Positions 35,721-50,719 of a DNA stretch of 64,000 nucleotides are shown here, one piece after another (the stretch's first letter is position 1; each line of letters opens with the position of its first letter). A program made the position numbers and the translations under genes. Under the pieces are notes generated by a model. That model did not search any database. It was given only the letters and a program-made list of their open reading frames with translations, and had not been told where the DNA came from. The stretch is from Longimicrobiales bacterium. Its GTDB lineage: Bacteria; Gemmatimonadota; Gemmatimonadetes; Longimicrobiales; Gaopeijiaceae. The stretch covers positions 1,888,001 to 1,952,000 of the forward strand of contig OZ220732.1 in the NCBI GenBank assembly GCA_965116905.1. The letters run 5' to 3'.

Positions 35721-38063
35721 TCAGCTCCCCACCCCAATCGGCGCCCGAATCAGCTCATCCGGGATCCGGAACGCGTCCACCAGCTCCACCGCCCTCGGCG
35801 CCAGCTCGCGGCACCGGCGGTTGACCTCGCTCCGAATGGCCTCGCTCTTGGCGGGTTCGAAGTAACCCGCTTCGAGGTACCACGCGCGGTGCTTCTCGAG
35901 CGTGACCAGGCCGTAGAGGGCCACGACATCGGTCACCAGCTCCTTGCCTTCGCCCTCCGGCGATCCGGCCAGCGCCGCGACCGAAGCTTCCATGCCGATC
36001 CGGTCCACGTGGGCGCGGGCCAGAGCGATCAGGTGATCCTGACATTCGTTCACCGCTTCGAAGCTGTCCATTCCCCCGTCCATGCGGGACTTGAGACGGC
36101 GGGCGGCGGAACGTAGCAGGCGCTGTTCCCGGTAACGGAGAGCGGACAGGTGGAACTCCTGGTCGGCGAGGTGCTCCGGATCGGTCCTGCGGGTCACGAC
36201 CGGGTTCATGTCGGCAATGCGAGTGCCCGCCAGCTCGGCCAGGTACCGCGCCATCCCCCACATGGTGAGGTCGCCGATGTGCCTGCGGTAGCGGGACAGC
36301 AGCCCCTTGGCCACGAGTTGAAGCAGCACGGGGTTGGCGCCTTCGAAGGTGACGAAGACGTCCGTGTCGGCCATGAGGCGGCCGAACTGGTTCTCGGCCA
36401 GGTACCCCTGGCCTCCGCACGCCTCTCTGCACGCCTGCAGCGTGTGGAGCGCATTGCGGGAGGCCACGGCCTTCAGGGCGGCGGCGCGGACCTCGACCTC
36501 GCGGGGATCCGTCCCGGAGTCCCCGTAGCGGCGGGTCAGGTCACGGATCGCGAACCCCAGGGCGTAGGTGGTTGCAAGCCGCGGCAGTAGCTCGCGCTGG
36601 AGCGCCAGGTAGTCCAGAACCGGCACCTCCGGTCCTCCGGCGGGGCCAAACTGCCGGCGGTGGGCCGCGTAGCGGATCGCGATGGTCAGCGCCTTCTTCG
36701 TCACGGCGTGCGAGGCCGCGGCGATGCTGATCCGCCCCGATACCAGGGTTCCCAGCATCGTGAAGAAGCGCCGCCCGGGACTCGGGATCGGGCTATGATA
36801 GTCCCCCTCTTCGCTTACCCGCGCGAAGCGGTCCAGCAGGGCGACCCTCGGCACCCGCACGTGGTCGAACCGGATTCGGCCGTTGTCCACGCCGTTCAGC
36901 CCCTCCTTGGCACCACAGTCCTCGATGCGGACCCCGGGCAGGGCTGCGCCGCCCGCGTCCCGAATGGGGACCAGGAAGGCGTGAACGCCATGGTCCTGCG
37001 GGTGTGATCCTCCGTTGGCGGCGGCGTCTCCGCGGTTGGGCATGCGCAGCCGGGCGAAAACGGTCGCCATCCGTCCGTGCAGGGCGGCGTTGCCGATGTA
37101 GTCCTTCTGCGCGTCCTCGTCCGGGGTATGGATCACGAACTTCCGCGCGGTGGTGTCGTAGGTGGCGGTCGTGCGGATGTCGCGAACGTTGGACCCGTGG
37201 CCGCGCTCGGTCATGGCGAAACACCCGGGCAACTCCAGCGAGGCCACACGCGGCAGATACCGGCGGTGGTGCCTGTCCGTCCCCAGCTGCGCGATGCTGC
37301 CGCCGAACAGCCCGAACTGCACCCCGTACTTGACGAGGACACTGAGGTCTCCCAGCGCGAGTTCCTCGAAGACGGCGACCGCCCCGCCGATGTCGCCCCG
37401 GCCGCCGAATTCGCGCGGATAGGCGATCGCGCCCAGCCCCTCGTCCGCCAGCACACGCACCGCGGCGAGGGTGCGCTCGCGGTACTTCGCACGCGGGATT
37501 TCGTCGGGGATGGCCAGTTCGGGTCGAAAAAGCACGGTCCTCACCCGCCGCCGGAGTTCGGCGTGGTCGCCCGCGATGAGGACCGCGGCTTCATCGGCCG
37601 GCCCGGGTGCGCGGGCCTCGGCCTCGAGCACCTCGCACTCGGCTGCCGTGATCTCCCGGAGGGCCTCGGCCCCTGCCACACCCAGCTCCAGCTCCACGCG
37701 CTCCAGCGTCGCCAGCGCATCGCCACGCCAGGGCGCCCGGCCGGCCGGCGCACCCTGCACATGCCGCTCGGCGACGGCCAATCCGGCTCGAGTCAGCGTC
37801 AGCGGGCCCCTGCCGGCCGCCTCGAGCACCAGCGCAGTGGCTTCTCCGAAAACGGTGGGCGTGGGCGGCGCGTCCGGATTCAGCCAGTCCCGCACCTGGG
37901 CGCGGCCCTCGGGCGTCATCCAGTCGGCCTCCCGGAGCGGTCCGGTGACGGCACGCAGCTCCTCGTCCTCCATCAGACCGTCTGCCCAGACCGCGCATAG
38001 CATCGGCAGAAACGCGAGGAAGGTCGGGTCGGTCGAGAGAATGGGCTGCGAGGTGGTCGGCAT
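35721..38063 (-). CDS. Acyl-CoA oxidase/dehydrogenase with N-terminal TerB-like extension
   Basis: GCFAMTERGHGSNV, KDYIGNAA, KEGLNGVDNG, CREACGGQGY, TFEGANPVL; ACOX-like C-terminus; N-terminal AVWADG helix bundle. Start uncertain (38063/38087). Confidence 0.85.
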   Translation of the reverse strand: MPTTSQPILSTDPTFLAFLPMLCAVWADGLMEDEELRAVTGPLREADWMTPEGRAQVRDWLNPDAPPTPTVFGEATALVLEAAGRGPLTLTRAGLAVAERHVQGAPAGRAPWRGDALATLERVELELGVAGAEALREITAAECEVLEAEARAPGPADEAAVLIAGDHAELRRRVRTVLFRPELAIPDEIPRAKYRERTLAAVRVLADEGLGAIAYPREFGGRGDIGGAVAVFEELALGDLSVLVKYGVQFGLFGGSIAQLGTDRHHRRYLPRVASLELPGCFAMTERGHGSNVRDIRTTATYDTTARKFVIHTPDEDAQKDYIGNAALHGRMATVFARLRMPNRGDAAANGGSHPQDHGVHAFLVPIRDAGGAALPGVRIEDCGAKEGLNGVDNGRIRFDHVRVPRVALLDRFARVSEEGDYHSPIPSPGRRFFTMLGTLVSGRISIAAASHAVTKKALTIAIRYAAHRRQFGPAGGPEVPVLDYLALQRELLPRLATTYALGFAIRDLTRRYGDSGTDPREVEVRAAALKAVASRNALHTLQACREACGGQGYLAENQFGRLMADTDVFVTFEGANPVLLQLVAKGLLSRYRRHIGDLTMWGMARYLAELAGTRIADMNPVVTRRTDPEHLADQEFHLSALRYREQRLLRSAARRLKSRMDGGMDSFEAVNECQDHLIALARAHVDRIGMEASVAALAGSPEGEGKELVTDVVALYGLVTLEKHRAWYLEAGYFEPAKSEAIRSEVNRRCRELAPRAVELVDAFRIPDELIRAPIGVGS

Positions 38064-38213
38064 GGTGCGGATACTCTTCAAGGGCATGTTCCTACCGAAA
38101 GATACCCGCGACGACGCGGCCCTGTTCATCACCCGCCCCCTTGAAATCCGCCACTCGCCGGGGCAGTATCGACTCTTTCCCGATCCATCCGTCCCCTCCA
38201 ACGCCAAGCGCCG

Positions 38214-38717
38214 ATGAGCCGACCTCTGGTGGGCGTGATCATGGGATCCCGCAGCGACTGGGACACCATGAGGCACGCGTGCGACACACTCGACGACCTG
38301 GGCGTCCCGCACGAGGCAGCGGTGGTGTCGGCGCACCGGACGCCGGACCGCCTGTACGAATACGCCTCCAGCGCCGAGAAGAGGGGGCTGAAGGTGATCA
38401 TCGCCGGGGCCGGCGGGGCAGCGCATCTGCCGGGCATGGTGGCCTCGAAGACGGTGCTGCCCGTGCTGGGGGTGCCGGTGCAGTCGCGCGCGCTGCGGGG
38501 CCTCGATTCGCTGCTGTCGATCGTGCAGATGCCGGGAGGCGTTCCCGTGGGCACCATGGCCATCGGCGTCGCCGGCGCCACCAACGCGGGACTGCTGGCG
38601 GCCCGGATTCTGGGCGGTGACGATCCCGCCCTCCGGGAGGCCGTGCGCGCGTACGCACGTGCACGCACCGAAGCGGTCATGGCGGACCCGGATCCGCGCC
38701 AGCCTCCCCCTCGGTGA
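38214..38717 (+). CDS. purE: N5-CAIR mutase
   Basis: [38 protein letters not shown]. Confidence 0.97.
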   Translation: MSRPLVGVIMGSRSDWDTMRHACDTLDDLGVPHEAAVVSAHRTPDRLYEYASSAEKRGLKVIIAGAGGAAHLPGMVASKTVLPVLGVPVQSRALRGLDSLLSIVQMPGGVPVGTMAIGVAGATNAGLLAARILGGDDPALREAVRAYARARTEAVMADPDPRQPPPR

Positions 38718-39802
38718 GGGTCGGCGTCCTCGGCGGCGGGCAACTGGCCCGCATGCTCGCGCTGGAAGGCATCCCGCTCGGGCACCGGTTCACCTTTCTG
38801 GAGCCGGCCCCCGACCCGCCCGCCGCCGCGCTCGGCGAGGTCGTGGACACGGCATACGACGACCCGGCGGGCCTCGCGCGGATCGCGGCGGCCACCGATG
38901 TCGTCACTTACGAGTTCGAAAACGTGCCCGGGGCCGCAGCCGCCTATCTTGCGGCCCGGCTGCCGGTGCTGCCCCCGCCGCCGGCGCTGGAAGCCACGCA
39001 GGACCGGCTGGTCGAGAAGCGACTGTTCCGGGAGCTGGGGATCCCGACCGCCCCGTTCCACCCCGTCGACACGCGCGACGACCTGGACCCCGCCCTCGCC
39101 ATCGCCGGCTTGCCCGCCGTGTTCAAGACGCGGCGATTCGGCTACGACGGCAAGGGGCAGGCCGTCGTACACTCGGCCGAAGAAGCCGCGGCGGCCGTTG
39201 CCACGCTGGGACCCGGTCTCATCGCGGAGGGCTTCGTCGGATTCTCGCGGGAACTCAGCGTCCTCGGCGTCGGCGCCCGCGACGGCGGCCGGGTCTTCTA
39301 CCCGCTGACCGAGAACCGCCACCGCGACGGGATCCTGCGGGTCAGCCGGGCACCGGCGCCGGGGGTGACGCCGGAGCTCCAGGCCCGTGCGGAGGGACTC
39401 GCCGCGCGCGTCATGGACCGGCTCGGCTACGTCGGCGTGCTCGCCATCGAACTGTTCCAGGTCGGCGACCGGCTGATGGCCAACGAAATGGCGCCGCGCG
39501 TGCACAATTCCGGGCACTGGACCCTGGACGGAGCCAGCGTCAGCCAGTTCGAGAACCACGTCCGGGCGGTCACCGGACTTGCCCTGGCGGAACCGCGCGT
39601 GCCGGGCCCCGCCGCCATGGTCAACATCATCGGCGAACCCCCGGATCCGGCCGACGTCGCCGCACTGCCGTTCGCGCACCTTCACCTCTACGACAAGGCG
39701 CCGCGCCCGGGGCGCAAGCTGGGCCATGTGAACATCACGGGCCCGTGCGAAGACGAGGTCGCGGAGGGCGTCCAGCGGGTCCGTGAAATGCTGACCGGAT
39801 AG
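38714..39802 (+). CDS. purK: N5-CAIR synthetase
   Basis: [43 protein letters not shown]. Confidence 0.96.
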   Translation: MRVGVLGGGQLARMLALEGIPLGHRFTFLEPAPDPPAAALGEVVDTAYDDPAGLARIAAATDVVTYEFENVPGAAAAYLAARLPVLPPPPALEATQDRLVEKRLFRELGIPTAPFHPVDTRDDLDPALAIAGLPAVFKTRRFGYDGKGQAVVHSAEEAAAAVATLGPGLIAEGFVGFSRELSVLGVGARDGGRVFYPLTENRHRDGILRVSRAPAPGVTPELQARAEGLAARVMDRLGYVGVLAIELFQVGDRLMANEMAPRVHNSGHWTLDGASVSQFENHVRAVTGLALAEPRVPGPAAMVNIIGEPPDPADVAALPFAHLHLYDKAPRPGRKLGHVNITGPCEDEVAEGVQRVREMLTG

Positions 39803-39851
39803 GCCCCCGGCGCGCACACGGCCGCCCCCCCGCCGCGCCGCGAATTTGCGT

Positions 39852-39880
39852 TTGACTTTTTCTCGCCCTTCCCCTACCTT
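39852..39880 (+). promoter_or_regulatory. sigma70 promoter of the str operon (TTGACT-N17-TACCTT)
   Basis: Near-consensus -35 and -10 with 17-bp spacer, about 130 nt upstream of rpsL; followed by hairpin tccaggct...agcctgga. Confidence 0.7.
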
Positions 39881-40011
39881 TTCCAGGCTGTCCAGGAAAC
39901 GAGCCTGGAGGGTTTCCACTTCCGGGCGACACGGCGCGCTTGATCGAACAGGCGCGCTTTTGTTCGCCCGTCCGGTGGAGCCGCCGAAATGAACTCACGG
40001 ACCCGGTTCGA

Positions 40012-40383
40012 ATGCCCACACTGAACCAACTGGTGCGGAAGGGGCGCGCGCGGCTGGCGAAGAAGAACAAGTCGCCCGCGCTCCAGAAGAACCCCCAGAA
40101 ACGGGGGGTCTGCACCCGTGTGTACACGACCACGCCCAAGAAGCCGAATTCGGCGCTGCGGAAGGTGGCCCGCGTCCGGCTCACCAACGGCTACGAAGTG
40201 ACGGCCTACATCGGCGGCGAGGGTCACAACCTCCAGGAGCACTCGATCGTGCTGATTCGCGGCGGTCGGGTGCGGGATCTTCCGGGAGTGCGCTATCACA
40301 TCGTTCGCGGCACGCTCGACACCTCGGGCGTCTCCGAGCGCCGGCAGGGGCGGTCCAAGTACGGAGCGAAGCGGCCCAGGTAG
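40012..40383 (+). CDS. rpsL: 30S ribosomal protein S12
   Basis: [33 protein letters not shown]. Confidence 0.98.
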   Translation: MPTLNQLVRKGRARLAKKNKSPALQKNPQKRGVCTRVYTTTPKKPNSALRKVARVRLTNGYEVTAYIGGEGHNLQEHSIVLIRGGRVRDLPGVRYHIVRGTLDTSGVSERRQGRSKYGAKRPR

Positions 40384-40407
40384 GCCGCATCGAAAGGGAA
40401 TAGCCGC

Positions 40408-40878
40408 ATGAGCCGACGTACCCGGGCGATCCGCCGACAGATTCCGGATGACCCGCGCTATGGGTCGGCGGTCGTGCAGAAGTTCATCAACGGCTTGATG
40501 CTGGACGGCAAGAAGTCGCTCGCCGAGCGGATCTTCTACGAGGCGATGGGGATCGTGGAGACGAAGTCCGGGCAACCGGCCGTCAACGTCTTCCAGCAGG
40601 CGCTGAACAACTCGAAGCCGGCCCTGGAGGTGAAGAGCCGGCGCGTCGGGGGCGCCACGTACCAGGTCCCCATCGAAGTGCGCCCGGAACGCCGTCAGGC
40701 GCTTGCGATCAAGTGGCTGATCGGTTTCGCGCGTTCCCGGGGAGAACGGACCATGGCCCAGCGGCTGGCGGGAGAGCTTCTTTCCGCAAGCCGGGGCGAA
40801 GGTGCCACTGTTAAGAAAAAGGACGACACGCATCGGATGGCCGAAGCCAACAAAGCCTTCGCGCACTACCGCTGGTAG
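40408..40878 (+). CDS. rpsG: 30S ribosomal protein S7
   Basis: [26 protein letters not shown]. Confidence 0.98.
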   Translation: MSRRTRAIRRQIPDDPRYGSAVVQKFINGLMLDGKKSLAERIFYEAMGIVETKSGQPAVNVFQQALNNSKPALEVKSRRVGGATYQVPIEVRPERRQALAIKWLIGFARSRGERTMAQRLAGELLSASRGEGATVKKKDDTHRMAEANKAFAHYRW

Positions 40879-40987
40879 TCCTACACCCCGCCGTCGCCGG
40901 CCCGCGGGGGTCGGAGGCGAATGGGAGGGATCCCGGCGGGGACGCTGTTTGACAGGCCCGAAAACAACCAGAGTTGCGAAATAGATC

Positions 40988-43081
<2,094 letters not shown>

Positions 43082-43117
43082 TGCCGCCGCACACACCTCA
43101 ATCTCAACGGGGGTAGA

Positions 43118-44308
<1,191 letters not shown>

Positions 44309-44353
44309 GCGATCATGGCAGCGAACCCCGGCTCGGCTGGAGGGCAGCAAGGG

Positions 44354-44662
44354 ATGACGAACAGGATACGGATTCGCCTGAAGGCGTTCGATCACTGGGT
44401 GGTGGATCAGACGGCCGCCGACATCGTGCGCACGGCGCAGAAGACCGGTGCCAGGATCCGCGGACCGATTCCCCTGCCGACTCGCCGCCAGCGCTGGACG
44501 GTGCTGAGGTCGCCTCACATCGACAAGAAGAGCAGGGAGCAGTTTGAACTCAGGACGCACAAGCGTCTGATCGACATCGTCGAAAGCCGCCCTCAGACCA
44601 TCGACGCGCTGACCAAGCTGGATCTTCCGGCGGGTGTGGACGTCGAGATCAAGGTGGACTGA
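44354..44662 (+). CDS. rpsJ: 30S ribosomal protein S10
   Basis: [32 protein letters not shown]. Confidence 0.98.
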   Translation: MTNRIRIRLKAFDHWVVDQTAADIVRTAQKTGARIRGPIPLPTRRQRWTVLRSPHIDKKSREQFELRTHKRLIDIVESRPQTIDALTKLDLPAGVDVEIKVD

Positions 44663-44665
44663 CAG

Positions 44666-45283
44666 ATGCCAGGACTTATCGGCAGGAAGATCGGAATGAC
44701 CCGCGTCTTCACGGACGAAGGCCGGGCCGTGCCCGTGACCGTGGTGCAGGCCGGGCCCTGTTCGGTGCTGCAGGTGAAGACCGACGGTTCCGACGGCTAT
44801 GCGGCGGTCCAGGTCGGCTTCGGCGCCATGAAGCACAAGAGGACCGGCAAGGCCCGGCTCGGTCACGCGGCGAAAGCGGGCCTCGATGCGGCTCCCCGCC
44901 TGGTCCGCGAGTTTCCGCCCGCCGAGGGCGACAGCTACGAACCGGGCCAGGAGCTCACGGTCGACCTGTTCGCCGAGGGCCAGCGCGTCCGCGTGACCGG
45001 CGTCACGAAGGGGCGCGGCTTTCAGGGCGTCGTGAAGCGTCACGGCTTCGCCGGAAGGCCGGCCAGCCACGGACATCCGATGTCCCGCACCCCGGGTTCG
45101 ATGGGTCCGGGAACCGACCCGTCGAGGGTCATCAAGGGAAAGAAGCTGCCCGGCCGCATGGGCGGAAGCAGAAGGACGATTCGCAACCTGGAAATCGTGC
45201 GGGTCGATTCGGAGCGGAACCTGCTGTTCGTCAAGGGCGGGATTCCGGGCAGCAGGAACAGCTACGTCCTGATCCGGAAATAG
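44666..45283 (+). CDS. rplC: 50S ribosomal protein L3
   Basis: [19 protein letters not shown]. Confidence 0.97.
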   Translation: MPGLIGRKIGMTRVFTDEGRAVPVTVVQAGPCSVLQVKTDGSDGYAAVQVGFGAMKHKRTGKARLGHAAKAGLDAAPRLVREFPPAEGDSYEPGQELTVDLFAEGQRVRVTGVTKGRGFQGVVKRHGFAGRPASHGHPMSRTPGSMGPGTDPSRVIKGKKLPGRMGGSRRTIRNLEIVRVDSERNLLFVKGGIPGSRNSYVLIRK

Positions 45284-45287
45284 CGAC

Positions 45288-45956
45288 ATGTATCAAGCCA
45301 CCTACTTCAAGGCGGACGGCACCCCGGGTTCGGAGATCACGCTCCCGAGCGCGTTCTTCGACGGGGTGATCCACGAAACGGCGCTCCACCAGGTGATCAA
45401 GGCCCAATTGGCCAATCGTCGCCAGGGCACGGCATCCAGGAAGAACCGGAGCGCCGTCAGAGGCGGGAGCCGCAAGCCGTGGAGGCAGAAGGGTACGGGG
45501 CGCGCGCGCCAGGGCACGATCCGGGCGGCTCAGTGGAGAGGCGGGGGGAGGGCGTTTCCGCCGCAGGCCCATTCGTGGAACCAGAAGATTCCGAAAAGAT
45601 TGCGGGCCCTCGCCCGCAGTTCCGCGTACAACAGCCGCGCCGAGGCGGGGCGCGTGGCGGTCATCGAGGGCTTCGACTTCGAGGCGCCCCGGACCCGGCG
45701 GCTGACGCAGCTGCTCGGCAAGATCGACCGGCCCGGCAAGATCCTCTTCCTCACCAACGGGTTGAATCGCGAGCTCTACCTGTCGGGACGCAACCTCCCC
45801 GAAGTGCGCGTCATGCCGTTCGGCCTGGAGTCGACCTACGACGTCGTCTGGTCCGGCACGGTCATCATCGAAGAGGCGGCGCTTGCCACGGTTGGCGACG
45901 CGGCGGTCCGGGACGAGCGCCCGCGCCGGCGGCCCATCGGGCAGGAGGAGGCATGA
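45288..45956 (+). CDS. rplD: 50S ribosomal protein L4
   Basis: [20 protein letters not shown]. Confidence 0.97.
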   Translation: MYQATYFKADGTPGSEITLPSAFFDGVIHETALHQVIKAQLANRRQGTASRKNRSAVRGGSRKPWRQKGTGRARQGTIRAAQWRGGGRAFPPQAHSWNQKIPKRLRALARSSAYNSRAEAGRVAVIEGFDFEAPRTRRLTQLLGKIDRPGKILFLTNGLNRELYLSGRNLPEVRVMPFGLESTYDVVWSGTVIIEEAALATVGDAAVRDERPRRRPIGQEEA

Positions 45957-46264
45957 TGCGGGAAGCCTACGACGTGATCGTCGCGCCGGTCGTCACCGAG
46001 AAGACCACCGGCCAGATGGAGTCCAGCCAGTACACCTTCGTCGTGAACGAGCGCTCCAACAAGCACGAGATCGCGCGGGCGGTGGAGTCCCTGTGGGACG
46101 TCAAGGTCACCGACGTGCGCACCATGCGGTATCCCGGCAAGGCCAAGCGGGCCCTCCTGGGACGGATGGTCAAGAACTGGGAGCTCGGCCGGCGGCCGTC
46201 GTACAAGAAGGCGGTGGTGCAGCTGGTCGAGGGTGATCAGATCGAATTCTACGAGATGGGTTGA
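45953..46264 (+). CDS. rplW: 50S ribosomal protein L23
   Basis: PVVTEK, YTFVV..NKHEI, YKKAVVQL. Confidence 0.96.
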   Translation: MMREAYDVIVAPVVTEKTTGQMESSQYTFVVNERSNKHEIARAVESLWDVKVTDVRTMRYPGKAKRALLGRMVKNWELGRRPSYKKAVVQLVEGDQIEFYEMG

Positions 46265-46267
46265 TCC

Positions 46268-47107
46268 ATGGCGCTGAAAAAATTCAGGCCCGTGACGCCG
46301 GGAACCCGGTTCCGTACGGTCACGGCCAAGGACGTGGTCACCCGCAAGGAGCCGGAGAAGTCCCTCACCGAGCCCCTGAAGAGGTCGGGCGGACGCAACC
46401 ACCACGGCCGGATCACGATCAGGCGCCGCGGCGGGGGCAACAAGCGCAGGTACCGCAAGGTGGACTTCAAGCGCAACAAGCACGGCGTCGCCGGCCGTAT
46501 CGCCGAGATCGAGTACGATCCGAACCGGTCCGCGTTCATCGCGCTGGTGCACTACGAGGACGGCGACAAGCGCTACATCCTGTATGTGCGGGGCATGGGC
46601 GTCGGGGACGCGGTCGTGTCCGGTCCCGATGTCGACATCCGGCCCGGCAACGCGCTGCCCCTTGAGCGGATTCCGCTCGGGACGACGGTGCACAATGTGG
46701 AGATGAAGCCGGGCAAGGGCGGGCAGATGGCGCGTTCCGCCGGGTCCGGGGTGCAGGTGGTGGCGAGAGAGGGCGACTACGTCACGCTCCGCCTGCCGTC
46801 GACGGAGGTCCGGCGCATCCACAAGCGGTGCCTGGCCACCGTGGGACGGGTCGGCAACGCGGATCACAGCCTTCGGTCGCTGGGCAAGGCCGGCGCCAGC
46901 CGCTGGCGGGGCCGGCGTCCCAAGGTTCGGGGGGTCGCCATGAATCCCGTGGACCATCCGCTGGGGGGTGGTGAGGGCAAGGCGTCCGGAGGGCGGCCGC
47001 CGGTCACCCCGTGGGGCAAGCCCGAGGGCAAGAAGACCCGCAAGAAGAGGAAGCAGTCGAACAAGTTCATCGTCCGTGGGCGCAAGCGCGGCAAGGCGAC
47101 GCGCTGA
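46268..47107 (+). CDS. rplB: 50S ribosomal protein L2
   Basis: [29 protein letters not shown]. Confidence 0.98.
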   Translation: MALKKFRPVTPGTRFRTVTAKDVVTRKEPEKSLTEPLKRSGGRNHHGRITIRRRGGGNKRRYRKVDFKRNKHGVAGRIAEIEYDPNRSAFIALVHYEDGDKRYILYVRGMGVGDAVVSGPDVDIRPGNALPLERIPLGTTVHNVEMKPGKGGQMARSAGSGVQVVAREGDYVTLRLPSTEVRRIHKRCLATVGRVGNADHSLRSLGKAGASRWRGRRPKVRGVAMNPVDHPLGGGEGKASGGRPPVTPWGKPEGKKTRKKRKQSNKFIVRGRKRGKATR

Positions 47108-47137
47108 CCATGGGCTGCACGAGGACCGGGTAGAGCC

Positions 47138-47422
47138 ATGCCGCGAAGCGTCAAGAAGGGCCCGTTCATCGACGAGAAGCTGCTGCGAAGGGTGGAGCAG
47201 ATGAACGCGCGCAACGAGAGGTCCGTGATTCGGACCTGGTCCCGCGCGTCCACGATCTCTCCCGACTTCGTGGGACACACCGTCGCGGTTCACAACGGCA
47301 ACAAGTTCATTCCGGTGTACGTCACCGAGAACATGGTCGGTCACAAGCTCGGCGAGTTCGCCCCGACGCGCCTCTTCCGGGGTCACGGCGGCAAGCTGGC
47401 CGACAAGCGGTCGAGGGTGTGA
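47138..47422 (+). CDS. rpsS: 30S ribosomal protein S19
   Basis: [21 protein letters not shown]. Confidence 0.98.
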   Translation: MPRSVKKGPFIDEKLLRRVEQMNARNERSVIRTWSRASTISPDFVGHTVAVHNGNKFIPVYVTENMVGHKLGEFAPTRLFRGHGGKLADKRSRV

Positions 47423-47426
47423 GGTC

Positions 47427-47780
47427 ATGGAGGCTCAAGCGATTGCCAGGGACATCAGAATGAGTCCTCGAAAGGTTCGCCTCGTCATCGATCAGATTCG
47501 GGGCCGGTCCGTCAGCGAGGCGACTTCGGTACTTCGCTTCTCGAAGAAGGCGGCAGCGCTCCCGGTGGAAAAGACCCTGCACTCCGCCGTGGCGAATGCG
47601 CGGGAGAAGGCGGATCGGGACGGGGATTCCCTGGATGTGGACGATCTCGTGGTGAGCCGCGCCTTCGTCGACCCGGGCCCCTCACTCAAGCGATGGAGGG
47701 CGGCAGCAATGGGACGGGCAACACCCAGGCGCCGCAGGACGAGCCACATCACGGTGGTCGTGACAGCGAAGGAGAACTAA
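47427..47780 (+). CDS. rplV: 50S ribosomal protein L22
   Basis: [24 protein letters not shown]. Confidence 0.96.
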   Translation: MEAQAIARDIRMSPRKVRLVIDQIRGRSVSEATSVLRFSKKAAALPVEKTLHSAVANAREKADRDGDSLDVDDLVVSRAFVDPGPSLKRWRAAAMGRATPRRRRTSHITVVVTAKEN

Positions 47781-47784
47781 GCGG

Positions 47785-48450
47785 ATGGGCCAGAAAACCC
47801 ACCCCCACGGATTCCGGCTCGGGATCGTCTCGGACTGGCGTTCCCACTGGTATGCCGAGCGGGACTTCCCCGCGCTCCTCAAGGAGGATCAGACGATTCG
47901 CGAGTACCTCCACCGGCGGCTTCATCACGCGGCCGTCGCGACGGTGGAGATCGCGCGCAAGCCGTCCAAGCTCGTCGTTACGGTGCACACGGCCCGGCCG
48001 GGCGTCGTGATCGGCAAGAGGGGGGCCGAGGTGGACAAGCTCCGGGACGAGCTGGCGGTGCTGACCAACAGCGAGGTCTCCGTGAACGTCGAGGAGATCA
48101 AGCGCCCCGAGCTCAACGCGCGCCTGGTCGCGGACAACGTGGCCCACCAGATCCGGCAGCGCATCTCCTTCCGGAGGGCGATGAAGCGGGCGGTCCAGTC
48201 GGCCATGCGGGCCGGTGCCGAAGGAATACGCATCCAGTGCGCCGGCAGGCTGGGCGGCGCCGAGATCGCACGCACCGAGGGCTACAACGAGGGTCGCGTG
48301 CCCCTGCATACGCTGCGCGCGGACATCGACTACTCGCACGTCGAGGCCCGCACCACGTACGGGACCGTCGGCGTGAAATGCTGGATCTTCAAGGGCGAGA
48401 TGGTCGAAGACCGCTTCGGCCGCACGTACTCGGCCGGACCGGGCGCCTAG
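47785..48450 (+). CDS. rpsC: 30S ribosomal protein S3
   Basis: [27 protein letters not shown]. Confidence 0.98.
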   Translation: MGQKTHPHGFRLGIVSDWRSHWYAERDFPALLKEDQTIREYLHRRLHHAAVATVEIARKPSKLVVTVHTARPGVVIGKRGAEVDKLRDELAVLTNSEVSVNVEEIKRPELNARLVADNVAHQIRQRISFRRAMKRAVQSAMRAGAEGIRIQCAGRLGGAEIARTEGYNEGRVPLHTLRADIDYSHVEARTTYGTVGVKCWIFKGEMVEDRFGRTYSAGPGA

Positions 48451-48472
48451 GAGACCGTGAGGAGATAGGGAT

Positions 48473-48889
48473 ATGCTGGCACCGAAGCGGGTAAAGCGCA
48501 GGAAGACCCACAAGGGCAAGATGCGCGGGAAGGCCTACCGGGGAAGCAGGGTTTCGTTCGGGGAATACGGCCTCCAGGCCCTCGAGGCGAGCTGGATCAC
48601 GAATCGCCAGATCGAGTCCGCCCGTGTGGCGATCACCAGGCACGTAAAGAGGGGCGGGAAGGTGTGGATCCGAATCTTCCCCGACAAGCCCATCACGAAG
48701 AAGCCGGCCGAGACGCGCATGGGGAAGGGGAAGGGGAACCCCGAGGAGTGGGTCGCCGTGGTCAAGCCGGGGCGAATCATGTTCGAACTGGAAGGCGTGC
48801 CCGCCGATGTGGCGCGCAGGGCGATGCAGCTGGCCTCCTTCAAGCTTCCGGTGAAGACCAGGTTCGTCGATCGGGAATCTCAATTCTAG
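48473..48889 (+). CDS. rplP: 50S ribosomal protein L16
   Basis: [18 protein letters not shown]. Confidence 0.98.
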   Translation: MLAPKRVKRRKTHKGKMRGKAYRGSRVSFGEYGLQALEASWITNRQIESARVAITRHVKRGGKVWIRIFPDKPITKKPAETRMGKGKGNPEEWVAVVKPGRIMFELEGVPADVARRAMQLASFKLPVKTRFVDRESQF

Positions 48890-48908
48890 GGCAAGGGAGC
48901 AAGGACAG

Positions 48909-49112
48909 GTGAAGGCAGAAGAGATTCGCGAGCTCGACGACGCCGAGCTGAACCATCGGTTGGGCGAGCTGAAGCTGGAGCAGTTCCGGCTCCGTTTCCG
49001 CAGCGCGATCATGCAGCTGGAAAACCCGAGCTTGCGGCGCGAGATCCGGCGGGACATCGCACGCATCAAGACGATTCTGCACGAGCGCCGCGCGGCGGCG
49101 GAGGCCGAATAG
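48909..49112 (+). CDS. rpmC: 50S ribosomal protein L29
   Basis: [20 protein letters not shown]. Confidence 0.96.
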   Translation: MKAEEIRELDDAELNHRLGELKLEQFRLRFRSAIMQLENPSLRREIRRDIARIKTILHERRAAAEAE

Positions 49113-49114
49113 CG

Positions 49115-49381
49115 ATGAACGCGAACGACGAACGCAGCCGGCGCAAGGTGCGCACCGGGGTGGTGGTCAGCGACCGTGCCGAGAAGACCGTGACGGTCAT
49201 CGTGGAACGCCGCTTCGCCCACCCGCTTTACGGGAAACAGGTGAAGCGGACGAAGAAGTACCACGCACACGACGAAACCAACGAGTGCCGCGTCGGCGAC
49301 ACGGTCTCGATCATGGAAACGCGCCCGCTCTCGAAGACCAAGAGGTGGCGCGTGGTTGAACTTATCGAACGGCCCGCCTGA
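49115..49381 (+). CDS. rpsQ: 30S ribosomal protein S17
   Basis: [23 protein letters not shown]. Confidence 0.97.
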   Translation: MNANDERSRRKVRTGVVVSDRAEKTVTVIVERRFAHPLYGKQVKRTKKYHAHDETNECRVGDTVSIMETRPLSKTKRWRVVELIERPA

Positions 49382-49411
49382 CGCATGCGGGTATAGGACC
49401 GGAGTGATCCG

Positions 49412-49780
49412 ATGATCCAACAGGAATCGATGCTCAAGATCGCCGACAACACCGGTGCGAAGCGGGCGCTGTGCATCCGTGTCCTGGGCGGATCGGGGCG
49501 GCGCTATGCCCGGATAGGCGACAAGGTCATCGTGACGATCAAGGACGCGGTGCCCAACGCGCCGATCAAGAAGGGCGAGGTCATGGAGGCCGTCGTCGTG
49601 CGTACCGCCAAGGAAATGCGCAGACGCGACGGAAGCTACATCCGCTTCGACGACAACGCGGCGGTACTCATCAACGCCCAGCAGGAACCGCGCGGCACCC
49701 GGATCTTCGGGCCCGTCGGGCGCGAACTGCGGGAAAAGCGGTACATGCGGATCGTTTCCCTGGCACCGGAGGTGCTTTGA
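49412..49780 (+). CDS. rplN: 50S ribosomal protein L14
   Basis: [29 protein letters not shown]. Confidence 0.98.
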   Translation: MIQQESMLKIADNTGAKRALCIRVLGGSGRRYARIGDKVIVTIKDAVPNAPIKKGEVMEAVVVRTAKEMRRRDGSYIRFDDNAAVLINAQQEPRGTRIFGPVGRELREKRYMRIVSLAPEVL

Positions 49781-49782
49781 TC

Positions 49783-50112
49783 ATGGGCTGGACGAAGATC
49801 GTCAAGGGCGACCGGGTCAGGGTGATCCGGGGCAACCACCGCGACGCGGAGGGGACGGTGCTCCGTGTGATCCGCAAGACCCGCCAGGTCGTCGTGCAGG
49901 GCGTCAACATGCGGAAGCGGCACACGCGGCCGTCTCAGCAGAACCCGGAGGGGGGCATCATCACCTCCGAGGGACCGATCCACATCTCCAACGTGATGCT
50001 GATCGAACCTGCGACCGACGACGCCAGCCGCATCCGGATCCGCGTCGAACCCGATGGACTGAAGGAACGGATTGCCGTGAAGAGCGGAAACCCCGTGCCC
50101 AAGGGAGCCTGA
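49783..50112 (+). CDS. rplX: 50S ribosomal protein L24
   Basis: [13 protein letters not shown] motif, [13 protein letters not shown]. Confidence 0.96.
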   Translation: MGWTKIVKGDRVRVIRGNHRDAEGTVLRVIRKTRQVVVQGVNMRKRHTRPSQQNPEGGIITSEGPIHISNVMLIEPATDDASRIRIRVEPDGLKERIAVKSGNPVPKGA

Positions 50113-50146
50113 TCCGGCGGCACCGAATAGAGGATACGAGAGAAAG

Positions 50147-50719
50147 ATGGAACCACGGCTTTTGACTCACTACAAGGAGCTTGCCAGGCCGGCGCTGCAG
50201 GAGCAGTTCGGCTTTGCCAACCCGCACCAGATCCCACGGGTCGTGAAGGTGACCCTCAACGTCGGCGTCGGAGAGGCCAGCCGGGAACGCAAACTGGTGG
50301 ATTCCGTCGCCGGAGAACTGGCCGTGATCTCGGGACAGAAGGCCGTGATCACCCGCGCGCGCAAGTCGATCTCGAACTTCCAGCTCCGCGAGGGCATGCC
50401 GGTGGGCGCGTCGGTGACGCTGCGGCGTCGCGGAATGTGGGAATTCCTGGACCGCTTCGTCTCTGTCGCCGTGCCTCGCATCCGTGACTTCAGGGGTCTC
50501 AACACCCGGTCCTTCGACGGCCGCGGCAACTACACGGTCGGGATCAGGGAGCAGATCATCTTCCCCGAGGTGGACTACGACAAGGTCAACCGAATCCACG
50601 GCATGGACGTAACGGTCGTGACGTCGACCGACAAGGACGATCAGGCGTACGCGCTTCTGCGACAGCTTGGATTCCCCTTCCGGGGCGAAGTCCCCGTGAT
50701 CATCGGGGCCCAGGCCTGA
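50147..50719 (+). CDS. rplE: 50S ribosomal protein L5
   Basis: [30 protein letters not shown]. Confidence 0.98.
   Translation: MEPRLLTHYKELARPALQEQFGFANPHQIPRVVKVTLNVGVGEASRERKLVDSVAGELAVISGQKAVITRARKSISNFQLREGMPVGASVTLRRRGMWEFLDRFVSVAVPRIRDFRGLNTRSFDGRGNYTVGIREQIIFPEVDYDKVNRIHGMDVTVVTSTDKDDQAYALLRQLGFPFRGEVPVIIGAQA

Noticed and set aside
40949..40980. TTGACA upstream of fusA as an internal promoter
   Set aside because: No acceptable -10 hexamer at 16-18 bp spacing.
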